DNA of 64,000 bases from Elainellaceae cyanobacterium. Its GTDB lineage: Bacteria; Cyanobacteriota; Cyanobacteriia; CAKZMO01. The notes beneath the pieces are model-generated. The model saw nothing but the letters and a program-made list of their open reading frames with translations. It did no database searches and was not told where the DNA came from. A program made the translations under genes and the position numbers. Shown here piece by piece: positions 10,207 through 19,982 of this stretch (positions are counted from its first letter, which is position 1; each line of letters starts with the position of its first letter). The stretch covers positions 3,935 through 67,934 of the forward strand of contig JBHJHD010000040.1 of NCBI GenBank assembly GCA_050331115.1, read 5' to 3'.

Positions 10207-11340
10207 CTATACGAGGGATGAATGGGGTTGTGCGTCGACGGCTTTGGCCTTGCTGACGATGTAGTAATTGTTCTGGAAGTCATGGGCTAGCTGCCTAAGC
10301 TCCACCTGGGCAAAGCCCGCTGCTCCTAGCATTTCAATCGCCATTTCTTCACCCCACATGGCCCCCAGCCCCATACCGCCTGCGGCGAGGGAAACGGTCA
10401 TGCAGTGCATGCAGGAAATGGTGTACAGCAGCGGCGCTACCGGGTGATCCAGGTTGCCGGCCACGTTGCTGCTGGCTCGAATGTCCTGCATCAGGTAAGT
10501 GCCATCGGGCCGCAGGGCGCGGTAGATGTTCTGCAGCACCAGGTCGGGTCGGGCCTGGTCGTGGATAGCGTCGAAGGTGGTAATCAGGTCATGCTGCTCG
10601 GTGTCCTGAAAGGTCGCAGCGTCCTGCAAGTCGAACTGAACGTTTGTCAATCCCTGATACTGGCTTTCTTCACGGGCGGTGGCGATCGCCTTTTCAGAAA
10701 TATCGATGCCGCGAAACTGGCTGTGGGGAAACAGCTTGGCTAGTTTGTTGAGGGCCCAGCCGCTGCCGCAGCCCACGTCAAGCACCTGGATGCCCCGTTG
10801 TAGTGAATCTTCAAGCCCCGGCACCAGCGGCAAAACATATTCGGTGAGGGCAGACACCACGGTCTGCCCGCTGTCTTCCGCCATCACCGGGTGGAAGCGC
10901 TTGAACTGGGCGTAGGGCACCCCGCCGCCGCTATAGAAGCAGTCGATGACGGCGTCTTCCACGGTGCCTAGCAGGGGAATATATTGTGCAAAGGCGGCAA
11001 TATTGTCGGGGCTAGCGGCACGGGTCAGCACCGCGGCCCGCGCCGGGGGCAGAACGTAGGTATCTTGGTCCGGGTCGTAGGTGACAAACCGCCCGGTCAC
11101 CATGGCCCCCAGCCACTCGCGCACGTAGCGCTCGTTTAGCCCTGCCGCATCCGCAATCTGCTGACTAGTAGAGGGCGTAAGCTCGGCCATCACGTCGAAC
11201 AGTTCGGTGCGGTGGCCAATGGACGTCATCAGGGCGATCGCGCCGCTGTTGAGAATGTCTATGAGCCGCTCGGCGAAGGCCTCGGTTGTCTCCATTGAAG
11301 CGATATCAGTGCTTTGAGTTTCAGCATTTTGGGTTGTCAT
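10207..11340 (-). CDS. Class I SAM-dependent methyltransferase with N-terminal winged-helix domain (Rv2258c-like)
   Basis: SAM motif VLDVGCGSGWAL. ATG at 11340 is preceded by GGAGG; the TTG-started track ORF adds 5 codons. Confidence 0.8.
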   Translation of the reverse strand: MTTQNAETQSTDIASMETTEAFAERLIDILNSGAIALMTSIGHRTELFDVMAELTPSTSQQIADAAGLNERYVREWLGAMVTGRFVTYDPDQDTYVLPPARAAVLTRAASPDNIAAFAQYIPLLGTVEDAVIDCFYSGGGVPYAQFKRFHPVMAEDSGQTVVSALTEYVLPLVPGLEDSLQRGIQVLDVGCGSGWALNKLAKLFPHSQFRGIDISEKAIATAREESQYQGLTNVQFDLQDAATFQDTEQHDLITTFDAIHDQARPDLVLQNIYRALRPDGTYLMQDIRASSNVAGNLDHPVAPLLYTISCMHCMTVSLAAGGMGLGAMWGEEMAIEMLGAAGFAQVELRQLAHDFQNNYYIVSKAKAVDAQPHSSLV

Positions 11341-11516
11341 GGGTCGTACCTCCAAATAGGGTTGGCTTTACCCTAATCGGTGGGGCGTTGTAAAATCGTT
11401 TCAAAACCGTTCCAGAACCAAGCTGCCCAGTCCAGAAGGATGACCTGGCTCAGCAGTTGCCCTGTTCACCAGCCGCTGCTCTAATCAAATAACCCGCGTA
11501 GGGATAGCGCTCAATC

Positions 11517-14500
11517 GTGGAAAAGCCTGCCCTAAAGATCAGCCTACTTGCAGGTGATTTTTGCGCCACCAATCAGGGCGTTCCCATAGCGCTGCGCCCA
11601 CGATCGCAGCAGTTTCTGGCCTACTTGGTCCTGCATCACCAGACCCCCCAGCCCCGCCGCCGCATCGCGGGGCAGCTTTGGCCCGACACCACAGACGCCC
11701 AGTCTCGCACAAACCTGCGTAAAGAGCTGCACTACCTGCGGCAGACCTGTCCAACGCTGGCGTCCTGCATTGCGGTCACGAATCAAACCCTGTACTGGCA
11801 GCCTCAGGTTCCCTGCGCTGTCGACGTTGACGCCTTTAAGGCCGCTTTGGTAACCGCAGCGAGCACCGAGGGAGCCCCAGCGGGGCAGGCGCTAGAGACC
11901 GCCCTGACGCTCTACCAAAGCGACCTTTGGCCCGACTGCGATACCGAGTGGATTTACGCTGAACGAGAGTGCCTAAGACAGGACTACGGCCTGGCCTTGG
12001 CCCGGGCGACCCGCCTGTTTGGCGAGCTGAGAGAAACCGCAAAGGCGATTTCGCTAGGGCAGCAGTGGCTCCAGGCAGCGCCCCTAAACGAAGAGGGCTA
12101 TCAGGTCCTGATGACGCTGTACGAAGCTGCGGGCGATCGCGCTAGCGCTCTGCAGCTCTATCACCGCTGTATGACTACGCTACAGGCTGAGCTGGGGGTT
12201 TCTCCGAGCGCGGCGATCGCCGAGATCTATCAGCGGCTGCTGAGGGCTGACGATAGCCCCGCCATCGATGCCCCGCTTGCCTCAGCCGCCTCTCTCGCTA
12301 ATACCGCCTTGCCCCTGCCAGAGACACCCTTGTCGGGACCCAAGCCCCTCGCGCCTCTCGTGGGCCGCGAGGATCTGTGTCAGGCCATGGAGCAATGGCT
12401 CTCGCTTGAGACCGCCCCGCTGCTGGTCCTGACTGGGGAGCCAGGTATCGGCAAAACGCGCCTGCTAGAAGCGCTTGTCGAGAAGGCGGCCCAGCATCAC
12501 TTTCAGCCCTGCTGGGGTCAGGCCTTTGCCGCTGAGCAGCTGCGCTCCTACGGCGTTTGGATTGATCTGCTGCAGTCAGCCTCTAAATTGCCCCAGCTGA
12601 GGGCGCTATCGAATCGCTTGTGCGACGTATCGGGGGAAGGGCTGCGCCACCGGGAGCAGTTGCTAAATACCGTTGCCGAAGCCTTAAATGTTGAGATTAG
12701 CGCCCGTCCCCTTTTGATGGTGTTTGACGATATTCACTGGCTAGATGACGCGTCAGCGACCCTGCTGCATTACCTGTTCCGGCTGCTATCCAGTCAGCGG
12801 CTACGCATCGCCTGTGCCACCCGCGAGCAAGAGCTGCAGGAGAATTCGGCGGTATCCGATCTGCTCACCGCGCTACGGCGGGCGAACCGCCTGCAAGCGC
12901 TAAAGGTCTCGCCGCTCACGCCCGAGGGCATCTCTGCCCTGGTACAGCCGCTGCACGCCACCGACCCGGCGCGTCAGCTCGACCCCCAGCAAATCTATGC
13001 CGACAGCGGCGGCAACCCCCTATTTGCCCTAGAGGTCGCCCGAGTAGCGGCCCACAAGACCAATACGTTGTCGGCGCTAATCGACGATCGACTGCAGCGC
13101 TTAGATTCGGCGGCCCGGGACCTGCTGCCCTGGGCGGCAGCCCTGGGACAGCGCTTCAACCCCAAGACCCTGGCGCTGGCGGCGGGCTATTCGCCGATGC
13201 CGTTTCTCGCGGCGATTGAGCAGCTAGAGGTGCAGCAGATCATTTGCCCTGCCCGTTCGGCCCAGGCCCATTTGGTCCAGGCTAATACGGACTACGAGTT
13301 TGTCCACGATCTGGTGCGCCAGGTGGCCTACGGTCAGCTTTCTCCACCTCGGCGGCGGCTGATTCACGGGCAGCTGGCAGAAACGCTCAACGCCCAAACG
13401 GTCGAGGACGACCTGGCCAGTCAGGTGGCCTACCACGCCGAACTGGCGGGAAACCACGCCCTAGCAGCGCAGGCCTGCTTGGCCGCCGCTGCCCGTGGCC
13501 TGCGTCTGTTTGCCTACAGCGACGTGATTCAGCTAGTGGAGCAGGGGCTAGACCACGGCGCACACCTCCCCACCCGCGATCGCCTGACGCTGACGGCCCA
13601 GCTGCTGCGGGTGCGGGTCAACGCGGGTGTTGCCCCAGACGATGCCGCTGATCTAGAGTTTCAGCTGCATCGTCTGCTAAGTGATATGGCAGGATTAGCG
13701 CTGCCTGAAGCCGAGATAACAGCACAGGAGGCAATCAACATCCTAAATTACGACCAGGGCAACCTGACGACGGTACATGTGCATGTGTCCAAGCTGCTAG
13801 ACGACCTGCCCCCTAGCCCCCGCCTACAGGCCGAGAGTCTAGCCTCCAACGGGTGCTGTTTGGCGGAAATTGAGCGCGATATGGACCGAGCCGAAGCCGT
13901 ACTGCTGGAGGCGCAGTCTATTGCAGATCGGCTGGGGCTGACCTTAGTCGACATTCCGATAGGTCTGGGCTGCGTGAGTCAATATCGAGGGGACTACAGA
14001 CAGGCCCGAGCCTATCTTCGCAAGGCGCTACAGCTCGCCCGAAACCAGCAAGATCTCGCCCGTCAGAGGGACGCCCTCAACTACCTCGTTGTAGTGGGCT
14101 GGAATAGCAATCAGCCCGACGTTGCGGAAGTGGAAGCGCTACTGACCTTATCGGCGCAGCTTCCCCAAGGAAGTGAGGGCGAGTTTGCCCAGGCGCTGCT
14201 CATCCTGAGCACCCATGCTGACAGCTTGAAGGAGAGTGATGCGTCGACTGTTGCGCTGGACGAGGCGCTGCATCGGTTAGACCAGCTCGATGCCCAGCGC
14301 AAGCTGGTCTTTGTGGCCAGCCACGCCAGCGAAATTGCTCTATCCCGTGGTCACCAGGATCTCGCACAGCGCTACGGCGCGATCGCCTACCAAGCAGCCC
14401 AGCGGGTTGGACACCCCAACGACTTGGCGACAGCGGCAGCGCTTCAGATACTCAGCGTCCGCCCAGAGGATAAACTGACACATTGGCGATCGCTACAACC

Positions 14501-14588
14501 CCAAATTACAGCGCAAATTACTGAGGATTTTAGCCTCAGCGCTCGGGCTAGCGCCCTGTGGGCTCGGGCCCAAGAGACCGTGCACTAG
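11517..14588 (+). CDS. SARP/AfsR-family regulator: wHTH + BTAD + AAA/STAND ATPase + TPR-like repeats
   Basis: N-terminus LLAGDF...RRRIAGQLWPDTTDAQSRTNLRKELHYLRQ (OmpR/SARP wHTH). BTAD VDVDAFKAAL...LYQSDLWPD...YQVLMTLYEAAGDRASALQLYHRCMTTLQAELGVSPS. Walker A LTGEPGIGKTRLLEAL, Walker B LLMVFDDIHWLDDAS, then a long helical repeat tail. Confidence 0.85.
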   Translation: MEKPALKISLLAGDFCATNQGVPIALRPRSQQFLAYLVLHHQTPQPRRRIAGQLWPDTTDAQSRTNLRKELHYLRQTCPTLASCIAVTNQTLYWQPQVPCAVDVDAFKAALVTAASTEGAPAGQALETALTLYQSDLWPDCDTEWIYAERECLRQDYGLALARATRLFGELRETAKAISLGQQWLQAAPLNEEGYQVLMTLYEAAGDRASALQLYHRCMTTLQAELGVSPSAAIAEIYQRLLRADDSPAIDAPLASAASLANTALPLPETPLSGPKPLAPLVGREDLCQAMEQWLSLETAPLLVLTGEPGIGKTRLLEALVEKAAQHHFQPCWGQAFAAEQLRSYGVWIDLLQSASKLPQLRALSNRLCDVSGEGLRHREQLLNTVAEALNVEISARPLLMVFDDIHWLDDASATLLHYLFRLLSSQRLRIACATREQELQENSAVSDLLTALRRANRLQALKVSPLTPEGISALVQPLHATDPARQLDPQQIYADSGGNPLFALEVARVAAHKTNTLSALIDDRLQRLDSAARDLLPWAAALGQRFNPKTLALAAGYSPMPFLAAIEQLEVQQIICPARSAQAHLVQANTDYEFVHDLVRQVAYGQLSPPRRRLIHGQLAETLNAQTVEDDLASQVAYHAELAGNHALAAQACLAAAARGLRLFAYSDVIQLVEQGLDHGAHLPTRDRLTLTAQLLRVRVNAGVAPDDAADLEFQLHRLLSDMAGLALPEAEITAQEAINILNYDQGNLTTVHVHVSKLLDDLPPSPRLQAESLASNGCCLAEIERDMDRAEAVLLEAQSIADRLGLTLVDIPIGLGCVSQYRGDYRQARAYLRKALQLARNQQDLARQRDALNYLVVVGWNSNQPDVAEVEALLTLSAQLPQGSEGEFAQALLILSTHADSLKESDASTVALDEALHRLDQLDAQRKLVFVASHASEIALSRGHQDLAQRYGAIAYQAAQRVGHPNDLATAAALQILSVRPEDKLTHWRSLQPQITAQITEDFSLSARASALWARAQETVH

Positions 14589-14661
14589 CCCTTATCAAGA
14601 TTGGTTCGGCGCAGCGGTTGAATCAGTCTCGATTGTTTAAGCACCATCAGCGAGGTAAATC

Positions 14662-14928
14662 ATGGCTCTCATCATTGTCGAAACCACCTATGATCCCCCC
14701 ATTGACCAGGCCGTTTGGGACGAGCTTGTGGAGCGCAGTGGACCCTGCATGAGCGAGCGCAATGTGACCTGGCGGCGCACCTACCTCTCCCGCGATCGCA
14801 GGCGCAGCATCTGCGAGCTGGAGGCCGCCGATGCAGAGACAGTGCGCGCTGCTCACCAGCGGGGGAATATTCCCTATGACCATATCTGGTCTGCGGACTT
14901 AGTAGAGGCGCTGTCTGCTGTCATTTAG
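14662..14928 (+). CDS. DUF4242-like small protein
   Basis: 88 aa. The pattern NVTWRRTYLSRDRRRSICELEAADAETVRAAHQRGNIPYDHIW matches my recollection of DUF4242. Confidence 0.5.
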   Translation: MALIIVETTYDPPIDQAVWDELVERSGPCMSERNVTWRRTYLSRDRRRSICELEAADAETVRAAHQRGNIPYDHIWSADLVEALSAVI

Positions 14929-15044
14929 CAAAGAAAAGTCAATATCACCATCACCCCATATATCATCCTGCGATGAATGCTGCACTGGGCGATAAATTCT
15001 GCGAAAATAGCGCGATTGCCCACGAATCTACCCCCTCAAACGCT

Positions 15045-15126
15045 CCACCCTTCGCCGTACGAGCGGGTTTAGCATAAACCTATTGGAAAAGACCGAAACG
15101 CTACCGCCAAACCCGCCCCGACAACA
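15045..15126 (+). repeat. 82-bp hairpin (REPIN-like) repeat, copy 1
   Basis: ccacccttcgccgtacgagcgggtttagcataaacctattggaaaagaccgaaacgctaccgccaaacccgccccgacaaca. It differs from copy 2 at 3 positions by my alignment. Confidence 0.9.
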
Positions 15127-15210
15127 TTTCCATTGCCCATCCATCCCGCGCGCGATGAATGCTGCGCATTATATACGCGATCGCCAAATGCATCTACACA
15201 ATCGACGCAT

Positions 15211-15292
15211 CCACCCTTCGCCGTACGGGCGGGTTTAGCATAAACCTATTGGAAAAGACCGAAACGCTACTGCCAAACCCGCCCCGACAAAA
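15211..15292 (+). repeat. 82-bp hairpin (REPIN-like) repeat, copy 2
   Basis: Internal 10-bp stem gggcgggttt (15227-15236) / aaacccgccc (15275-15284) with a loop of about 38 nt. It lies 166 bp after copy 1 and 114 bp upstream of the RAYT ATG. Confidence 0.9.
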
Positions 15293-15312
15293 TTCCCATC
15301 ACCCCTTCCAAA

Positions 15313-15332
15313 ATGCGATGAATTCATCGCAT
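15313..15332. repeat. Perfect 20-bp palindrome atgcgatgaattcatcgcat
   Basis: Read directly, about 75 bp upstream of the RAYT start. Degenerate versions (gcgatgaatgctgc...) occur in the two preceding 166-bp units. Confidence 0.85.
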
Positions 15333-15405
15333 TCGCTACGCGATCGCCAAATCATCCCCACGGCATTTGGGCACCCTGCAAACGGATGCATCCAAACGCC
15401 AACCC

Positions 15406-15927
15406 ATGAAATATGATCCCAAAAAACACCACCGCCGCTCGATCCGCCTCAAAGGCTACGACTATGCCTCCGCCGGAGCCTACTTCATCACCATCTGCGC
15501 CTATCAACGCAAACGCCTCTTTGGACAGGTTGTAAACGGCGAAATGGAACTCAACTTAATCGGACGAACCGCTCGAGGTCACTGGATGAAATTGCCAAAA
15601 CACCATCGTCATCTACACCTCGACGAATTTATCATCATGCCCGACCACATGCACGGCATTTTAATCCTCGACCATGGCATATCCGGTATGGATCTGCCCT
15701 CTTCAAACGCCCCTGGTTCAAAACGCCACAGTCTCTCCGAAATTATTCGCGGCTTCAAGACATTCTCCACCCGACGCATCAACCAAATCCGCCAAACGCC
15801 AGGAATATCTGTATGGCAGCGCAATTTCTACGAGCACATCATCCGCGATGAAATCGCTATGCAAAACATCCGACGCTACATTCAGGCCAATCCTGCCTCC
15901 TGGCAACGAAAATCTCGCCGCGCCTAA
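15406..15927 (+). mobile_element. REP-associated tyrosine transposase (RAYT; IS200-like Y1/HUH transposase) CDS
   Basis: KKHHRRSIRLKGYDYASAGAYFITICAYQRKRLFG, HUH motif PDHMHGILIL, and catalytic-Tyr region VWQRNFYEHIIRDE...YIQANPASW. ATG at 15406 is the likely start. Confidence 0.85.
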
Positions 15928-15938
15928 ATTCATCCCCT

Positions 15939-16019
15939 CACCCTTCGCCGTACGGGCGGGTTTAGCATAAACCTATTGGAAAAGACCGAAACGCTACTGC
16001 AAAACCCGCCCCGACAACA
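15939..16019 (+). repeat. 82-bp hairpin (REPIN-like) repeat, copy 3
   Basis: Starts 12 bp after the RAYT stop, in the same orientation as copies 1-2, and differs from copy 2 at about 2 positions. Confidence 0.9.
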
Positions 16020-16041
16020 TCTCTATCATCTCCATCAACAT

Positions 16042-16062
16042 CGCCAAACCCGCCCCGATAAC
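16042..16062 (+). repeat. Solo 3' arm of the hairpin repeat (gccaaacccgccccgataaca)
   Basis: Read directly. It matches the last ~20 nt of the 82-bp unit. Confidence 0.7.
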
Positions 16063-16188
16063 ATCGCCATCAATCTTTCTCCCGAACCCTAAGAAAAGCT
16101 AACATCAGCAAATCCAGATAGAAAACGCAGTAGGCTTAATTAACAGTAGCCCCAGCTACGCCCTATTCCACTAGCGCCTCTCCCTCCG

Positions 16189-18153
16189 ATGACACAAGCG
16201 ATCGAATCCATCCTCCAAGAGCAGCGTCGCTTCCCCCCCAGCGTCGCGTTTTCTCAGCAGGCCCACGTTAAAAGCCAGGCCGACTACGAAAAGCTGTACG
16301 AAGAGGCCAAGGCAGACCCCGCCGCCTTTTGGGCCAAGCTGGCTAAAGAAGAGCTGCACTGGTTTGAGCCATGGAATCAGGTGCTCGACTGGCAACCCCC
16401 CCACGCCAAGTGGTTCGTCGGCGGCAAGCTCAACATCAGCGACAACTGCCTCGATCGCCACCTGAAGACCTGGCGCAAAAATAAGGCGGCGCTGATCTGG
16501 GAAGGGGAGCCGGGAGACTCCCGCACCTTTACCTACGCCCAGCTTCACCGGGAGGTGTGTCAGTTTGCCAACGCCCTGAAGCAGCTCGGCGTCGGCAAGG
16601 GCGATGTGGTGGGCATCTACATGCCCATGATTCCCGAAGCGGCGATCGCCATGCTGGCCTGCGCCCGCATCGGTGCCCCACACACGGTGGTATTCGGCGG
16701 CTTTAGCGCTGAAGCCCTGCGGGACCGGCTCAACGACGGCAAGGCCAAGGTGGTTGTCACCGCAGATGGCGGCTTCCGCAAAGATAAGGCTGTGCCGCTG
16801 AAGGTGCAGGTAGACAAGGCGCTGGAGGGCGATGCGGCCCCTACGGTGGAGCACGTAATCGTCGTGCAGCGCACTAAAGAAGCAATCGAGATGGTGGACG
16901 GCCGCGATCGCTGGTGGCACGAGCTGCAAAACGACGTGAGCGCCCACTGCCCCGCCGAACCTATGGACAGCGAGGACATGCTGTTCATCCTCTACACCTC
17001 CGGCAGCACCGGCAAGCCGAAGGGCGTGGTGCACACGACGGGGGGCTACAACCTCTACACCCACATGACCACAAAGTGGATCTTCGACCTCAAGGATGAG
17101 GACGTGTACTGGTGCGCCGCCGACGTGGGCTGGATTACCGGCCACAGCTACATCGTCTACGGACCGCTGTCCAACGGGGCGACGGTGGTCATGTACGAAG
17201 GCGCGCCCCGCCCCTCAAATCCGGGCTGCAGCTGGGACATCATCGAAAAATACGGCGTCACCATCCTCTACACCGCCCCCACCGCCATCCGCGCCTTCAT
17301 CAAAATGGGGGATGATCATCCCAACGCCCGGGACCTCTCTTCCCTGCGGCTGCTGGGCACCGTGGGTGAACCCATTAACCCCGAAGCCTGGATGTGGTAC
17401 CACCGGGTAATCGGTGGCGAGCGCTGCCCCATCGTAGATACCTGGTGGCAAACCGAGACCGGCGGCATTATGCTCACGCCCCTGCCGGGAGCCATCCCCA
17501 CAAAGCCCGGTTCCGCCACCCGGCCCTTTCCCGGCATCCTGGCGGACGTGGTGGATATGGAGGGCAACCCCGTCGAGGGGGACGGTGGCTACCTGGTCGT
17601 CAAGCACCCCTGGCCCAGCATGCTGCGCACGGTGTATGGCGACAACGAGCGCTTCCGCCGCACCTACTGGGAGCCGATCGCGCCCAAAGATGGCCAGCAC
17701 TTTTATTTTGCGGGGGATGGCGCTCGCAAAGACGAAGACGGCTACTTTTGGGTGATGGGCCGGGTGGACGACGTGATCAACGTGTCGGGGCACCGCCTGG
17801 GCACCATGGAGATCGAGTCGGCCCTGGTGTCCCACCCGGCGGTGGCAGAGGCTGCCGTAGTCGGTCGCCCTGACGATCTTAAGGGCGAAGAGATCTTCGC
17901 TTTCATTACTCTAGAAGGCAGCGCGCAGCCCAGCGACGACCTCAAGAAAGCGCTGCGGGCACACGTCTCTCAGGAAATCGGCCCCATCGCTAAGCCCGGC
18001 GACATCCGCTTCAGCGATGCCCTCCCCAAGACCCGCTCCGGCAAAATTATGCGACGACTGCTGAGAGCGCTAGCGGCTGGACAAGAGGTGTCCGGCGATA
18101 CCTCGACGCTGGAGGATCGCTCAGTCTTAGACCAGCTGCGTCAGGGCGAGTAA
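16189..18153 (+). CDS. acs: Acetyl-CoA synthetase
   Basis: 654 aa. [18 protein letters not shown]..., AMP-binding motif [26 protein letters not shown], and C-terminal [15 protein letters not shown]. Confidence 0.95.
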   Translation: MTQAIESILQEQRRFPPSVAFSQQAHVKSQADYEKLYEEAKADPAAFWAKLAKEELHWFEPWNQVLDWQPPHAKWFVGGKLNISDNCLDRHLKTWRKNKAALIWEGEPGDSRTFTYAQLHREVCQFANALKQLGVGKGDVVGIYMPMIPEAAIAMLACARIGAPHTVVFGGFSAEALRDRLNDGKAKVVVTADGGFRKDKAVPLKVQVDKALEGDAAPTVEHVIVVQRTKEAIEMVDGRDRWWHELQNDVSAHCPAEPMDSEDMLFILYTSGSTGKPKGVVHTTGGYNLYTHMTTKWIFDLKDEDVYWCAADVGWITGHSYIVYGPLSNGATVVMYEGAPRPSNPGCSWDIIEKYGVTILYTAPTAIRAFIKMGDDHPNARDLSSLRLLGTVGEPINPEAWMWYHRVIGGERCPIVDTWWQTETGGIMLTPLPGAIPTKPGSATRPFPGILADVVDMEGNPVEGDGGYLVVKHPWPSMLRTVYGDNERFRRTYWEPIAPKDGQHFYFAGDGARKDEDGYFWVMGRVDDVINVSGHRLGTMEIESALVSHPAVAEAAVVGRPDDLKGEEIFAFITLEGSAQPSDDLKKALRAHVSQEIGPIAKPGDIRFSDALPKTRSGKIMRRLLRALAAGQEVSGDTSTLEDRSVLDQLRQGE

Positions 18154-18157
18154 GGCC

Positions 18158-19237
18158 TTATAGATCTTCCAGGGTCGCCTCCACCTGGGCGATTCCATCG
18201 GCATTTCCCTGCTGCTCGTACAGCGCCAGCGCTTGCTCAAGGGCTTCCCTCGCCTGCTGATCCTGCTGATTACCCAAAAACGCTTTTCCAAGCTGATAGT
18301 GGGCACCAGCGGAGCCCGGGTCTAGCTCAATTACCCATTGGTACTCCACCATAGCCAGCAAAAAGTTGCCCCGCTCAAGGTAGATGTCGCCGACTAGGGC
18401 GTGGGCCTCGGCTAGGTCAGGATTGATTCCCGTTGCCCGTCGGTAGGACCTAAAGGCTTCATCGGTACGGCCCTGGGCTCTCAAGATGTCGCCAATTTGA
18501 AGGTGAACTTGAGCATCATCAGGGTCCAAGAACGCGGCCCGCCGAAACGCTTCGATGCTCTTATCTATCTCATTGAGATTGACCCAGGCAACCCCGAGGT
18601 TGTAGTGGATGCTGCTGCGCTCTGCAGCCGCCACTGCCTGTTGCAGCACCTCCACTGCCTCCTCGTAGCGGCCATCTTCAATAAAAAGTGCCCCTATAAA
18701 TTCATAGATGCTGGCGTTGCTGGGCTGCAGTGTCGCCACCTGCTGATAGGCCTCTAATGCCCCGCTGTAGTCCTTCAGCCGCGTGAGGACTACCCCCAGT
18801 CCTAGAAGGGCCTCAGCGCTACTGCCGTCAACCAGGACGGCGCGGCGATAGGCGTCGGCGGCACCGGCATAGTCTCGCAGCTGCGCTAGTCCATAGGCCA
18901 GAGAAGTCTGAAAGCTCACGTTGTCTGGCGCTAGTCCCACAGCGCTTTGGTAAGCGGCCACAGAAGCCTCAAAGTTTCCCTGTTGAGCTTCTAAGTACCC
19001 AATTCCTGAAAAGATGCGGGCGTTTTCAGGGTCGAGCCCGGCTGCTTCTCTGTAGAGGGCGATCGCCCGCGGGTAGCTGTTAGCATCTACGGCATCCCGC
19101 GCCTGCTGCAGCAGGTTGTTGAGGCGCTCCTCAGCGACCTCACTGGTGCTGAAGGACTGCGCTAAAGCCGCTGGCGTCCCGCTTGATAGGGCAACTAGAC
19201 TAGCTAGCCCAACTGCAAAAAGACTTTGTTGAATCAC
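18158..19237 (-). CDS. TPR-repeat protein with signal peptide
   Basis: GTG start. N-terminal hydrophobic leader ...ALAQS followed by repeated A..Y....L.P.. TPR units. Confidence 0.8.
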   Translation of the reverse strand: MIQQSLFAVGLASLVALSSGTPAALAQSFSTSEVAEERLNNLLQQARDAVDANSYPRAIALYREAAGLDPENARIFSGIGYLEAQQGNFEASVAAYQSAVGLAPDNVSFQTSLAYGLAQLRDYAGAADAYRRAVLVDGSSAEALLGLGVVLTRLKDYSGALEAYQQVATLQPSNASIYEFIGALFIEDGRYEEAVEVLQQAVAAAERSSIHYNLGVAWVNLNEIDKSIEAFRRAAFLDPDDAQVHLQIGDILRAQGRTDEAFRSYRRATGINPDLAEAHALVGDIYLERGNFLLAMVEYQWVIELDPGSAGAHYQLGKAFLGNQQDQQAREALEQALALYEQQGNADGIAQVEATLEDL

Positions 19238-19648
19238 GTGTCTCGTTGTCCACCATTACAATACGCTACCCGAGCTCGGGCAATTCCTGCTCCTACGCTT
19301 CCCCCAAAATTCCCGGATATCGGGAAAGTCTAACGCATTGCCTCGAATTATTTACACAGCGTGTTGTACCACAGATGGCAGGGCCGAGGCCGTAGAGCAC
19401 AAATTAGGCACCGATAATTACCGGGGATCATCATAGCCGGTTTGTCCCCATTTGGCCAACGCCATAGCATGATGCATTAGGACATTACACGCCCTGTTGC
19501 CTACGAAACGCAAGGCTTTGTACCAATAGGCTTGTCTTAAGCAACTGTGCCAACGCAATAGAATTGCAAATCCCCCGCAGGTCTCACGGCGATCGCCAGC
19601 ACATATGACACAATGAATCGGCCTTTAGATAAGAGGGGGAGCAGACGC

Positions 19649-19972
19649 ATGATTCTGTCTACGACTGACGTGATTCAAGGCACTGCCATTACGGAATACC
19701 TGGGAGTCGTTACCGCTGAGGTGGTCTACGGCAGCAACGCGCTCAGGGATTTCTTCGCCGGCATCCGAGACATTATTGGTGGACGCACCGCAGGGTACGA
19801 GCGCGTCTTTGAGAAAGGGCAGCAGGAAGTGCTTGATGAGCTTCAGCGCCGCGCCGCCCGCCTTGGGGCAGACGGCGTTATCGGCATTGAGGTTAACACC
19901 GGCACCATCAAGCTAGACGAAACCGGCGTACTGCTGCTAATTACCGGTACGGGAACCGCCGTCAAGCTTTAG
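19649..19972 (+). CDS. YbjQ-family (UPF0145) protein
   Basis: MILSTTDVIQGTAITEYLGVVTAEVVYGSNALRDFFAGIRDIIGGR... ATG 19649 is preceded by aagaggggga. The track ORF start at 19613 adds 12 residues. Confidence 0.8.
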   Translation: MILSTTDVIQGTAITEYLGVVTAEVVYGSNALRDFFAGIRDIIGGRTAGYERVFEKGQQEVLDELQRRAARLGADGVIGIEVNTGTIKLDETGVLLLITGTGTAVKL

Positions 19973-19982
19973 CGGGCCGGCG

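Noticed and set aside
16171-17145. 324-aa ORF antisense to acs
   Set aside because: It lies entirely within, and opposite to, a clearly recognisable acetyl-CoA synthetase gene. Its Ala/Gly/His/Val-rich composition is typical of antisense frames in GC-rich coding DNA.
17215-17835. 206-aa ORF antisense to acs, together with several other internal plus- and minus-strand ORFs between 16617 and 17945
   Set aside because: All are nested in the acs gene with no motifs, so they are compositional artefacts.
19271-19324. Small palindromes cccgagctcggg and ttcccg-N5-cgggaa in the TPR/ybjQ divergent region
   Set aside because: They are short enough to occur by chance in GC-rich DNA, and there is no supporting context.
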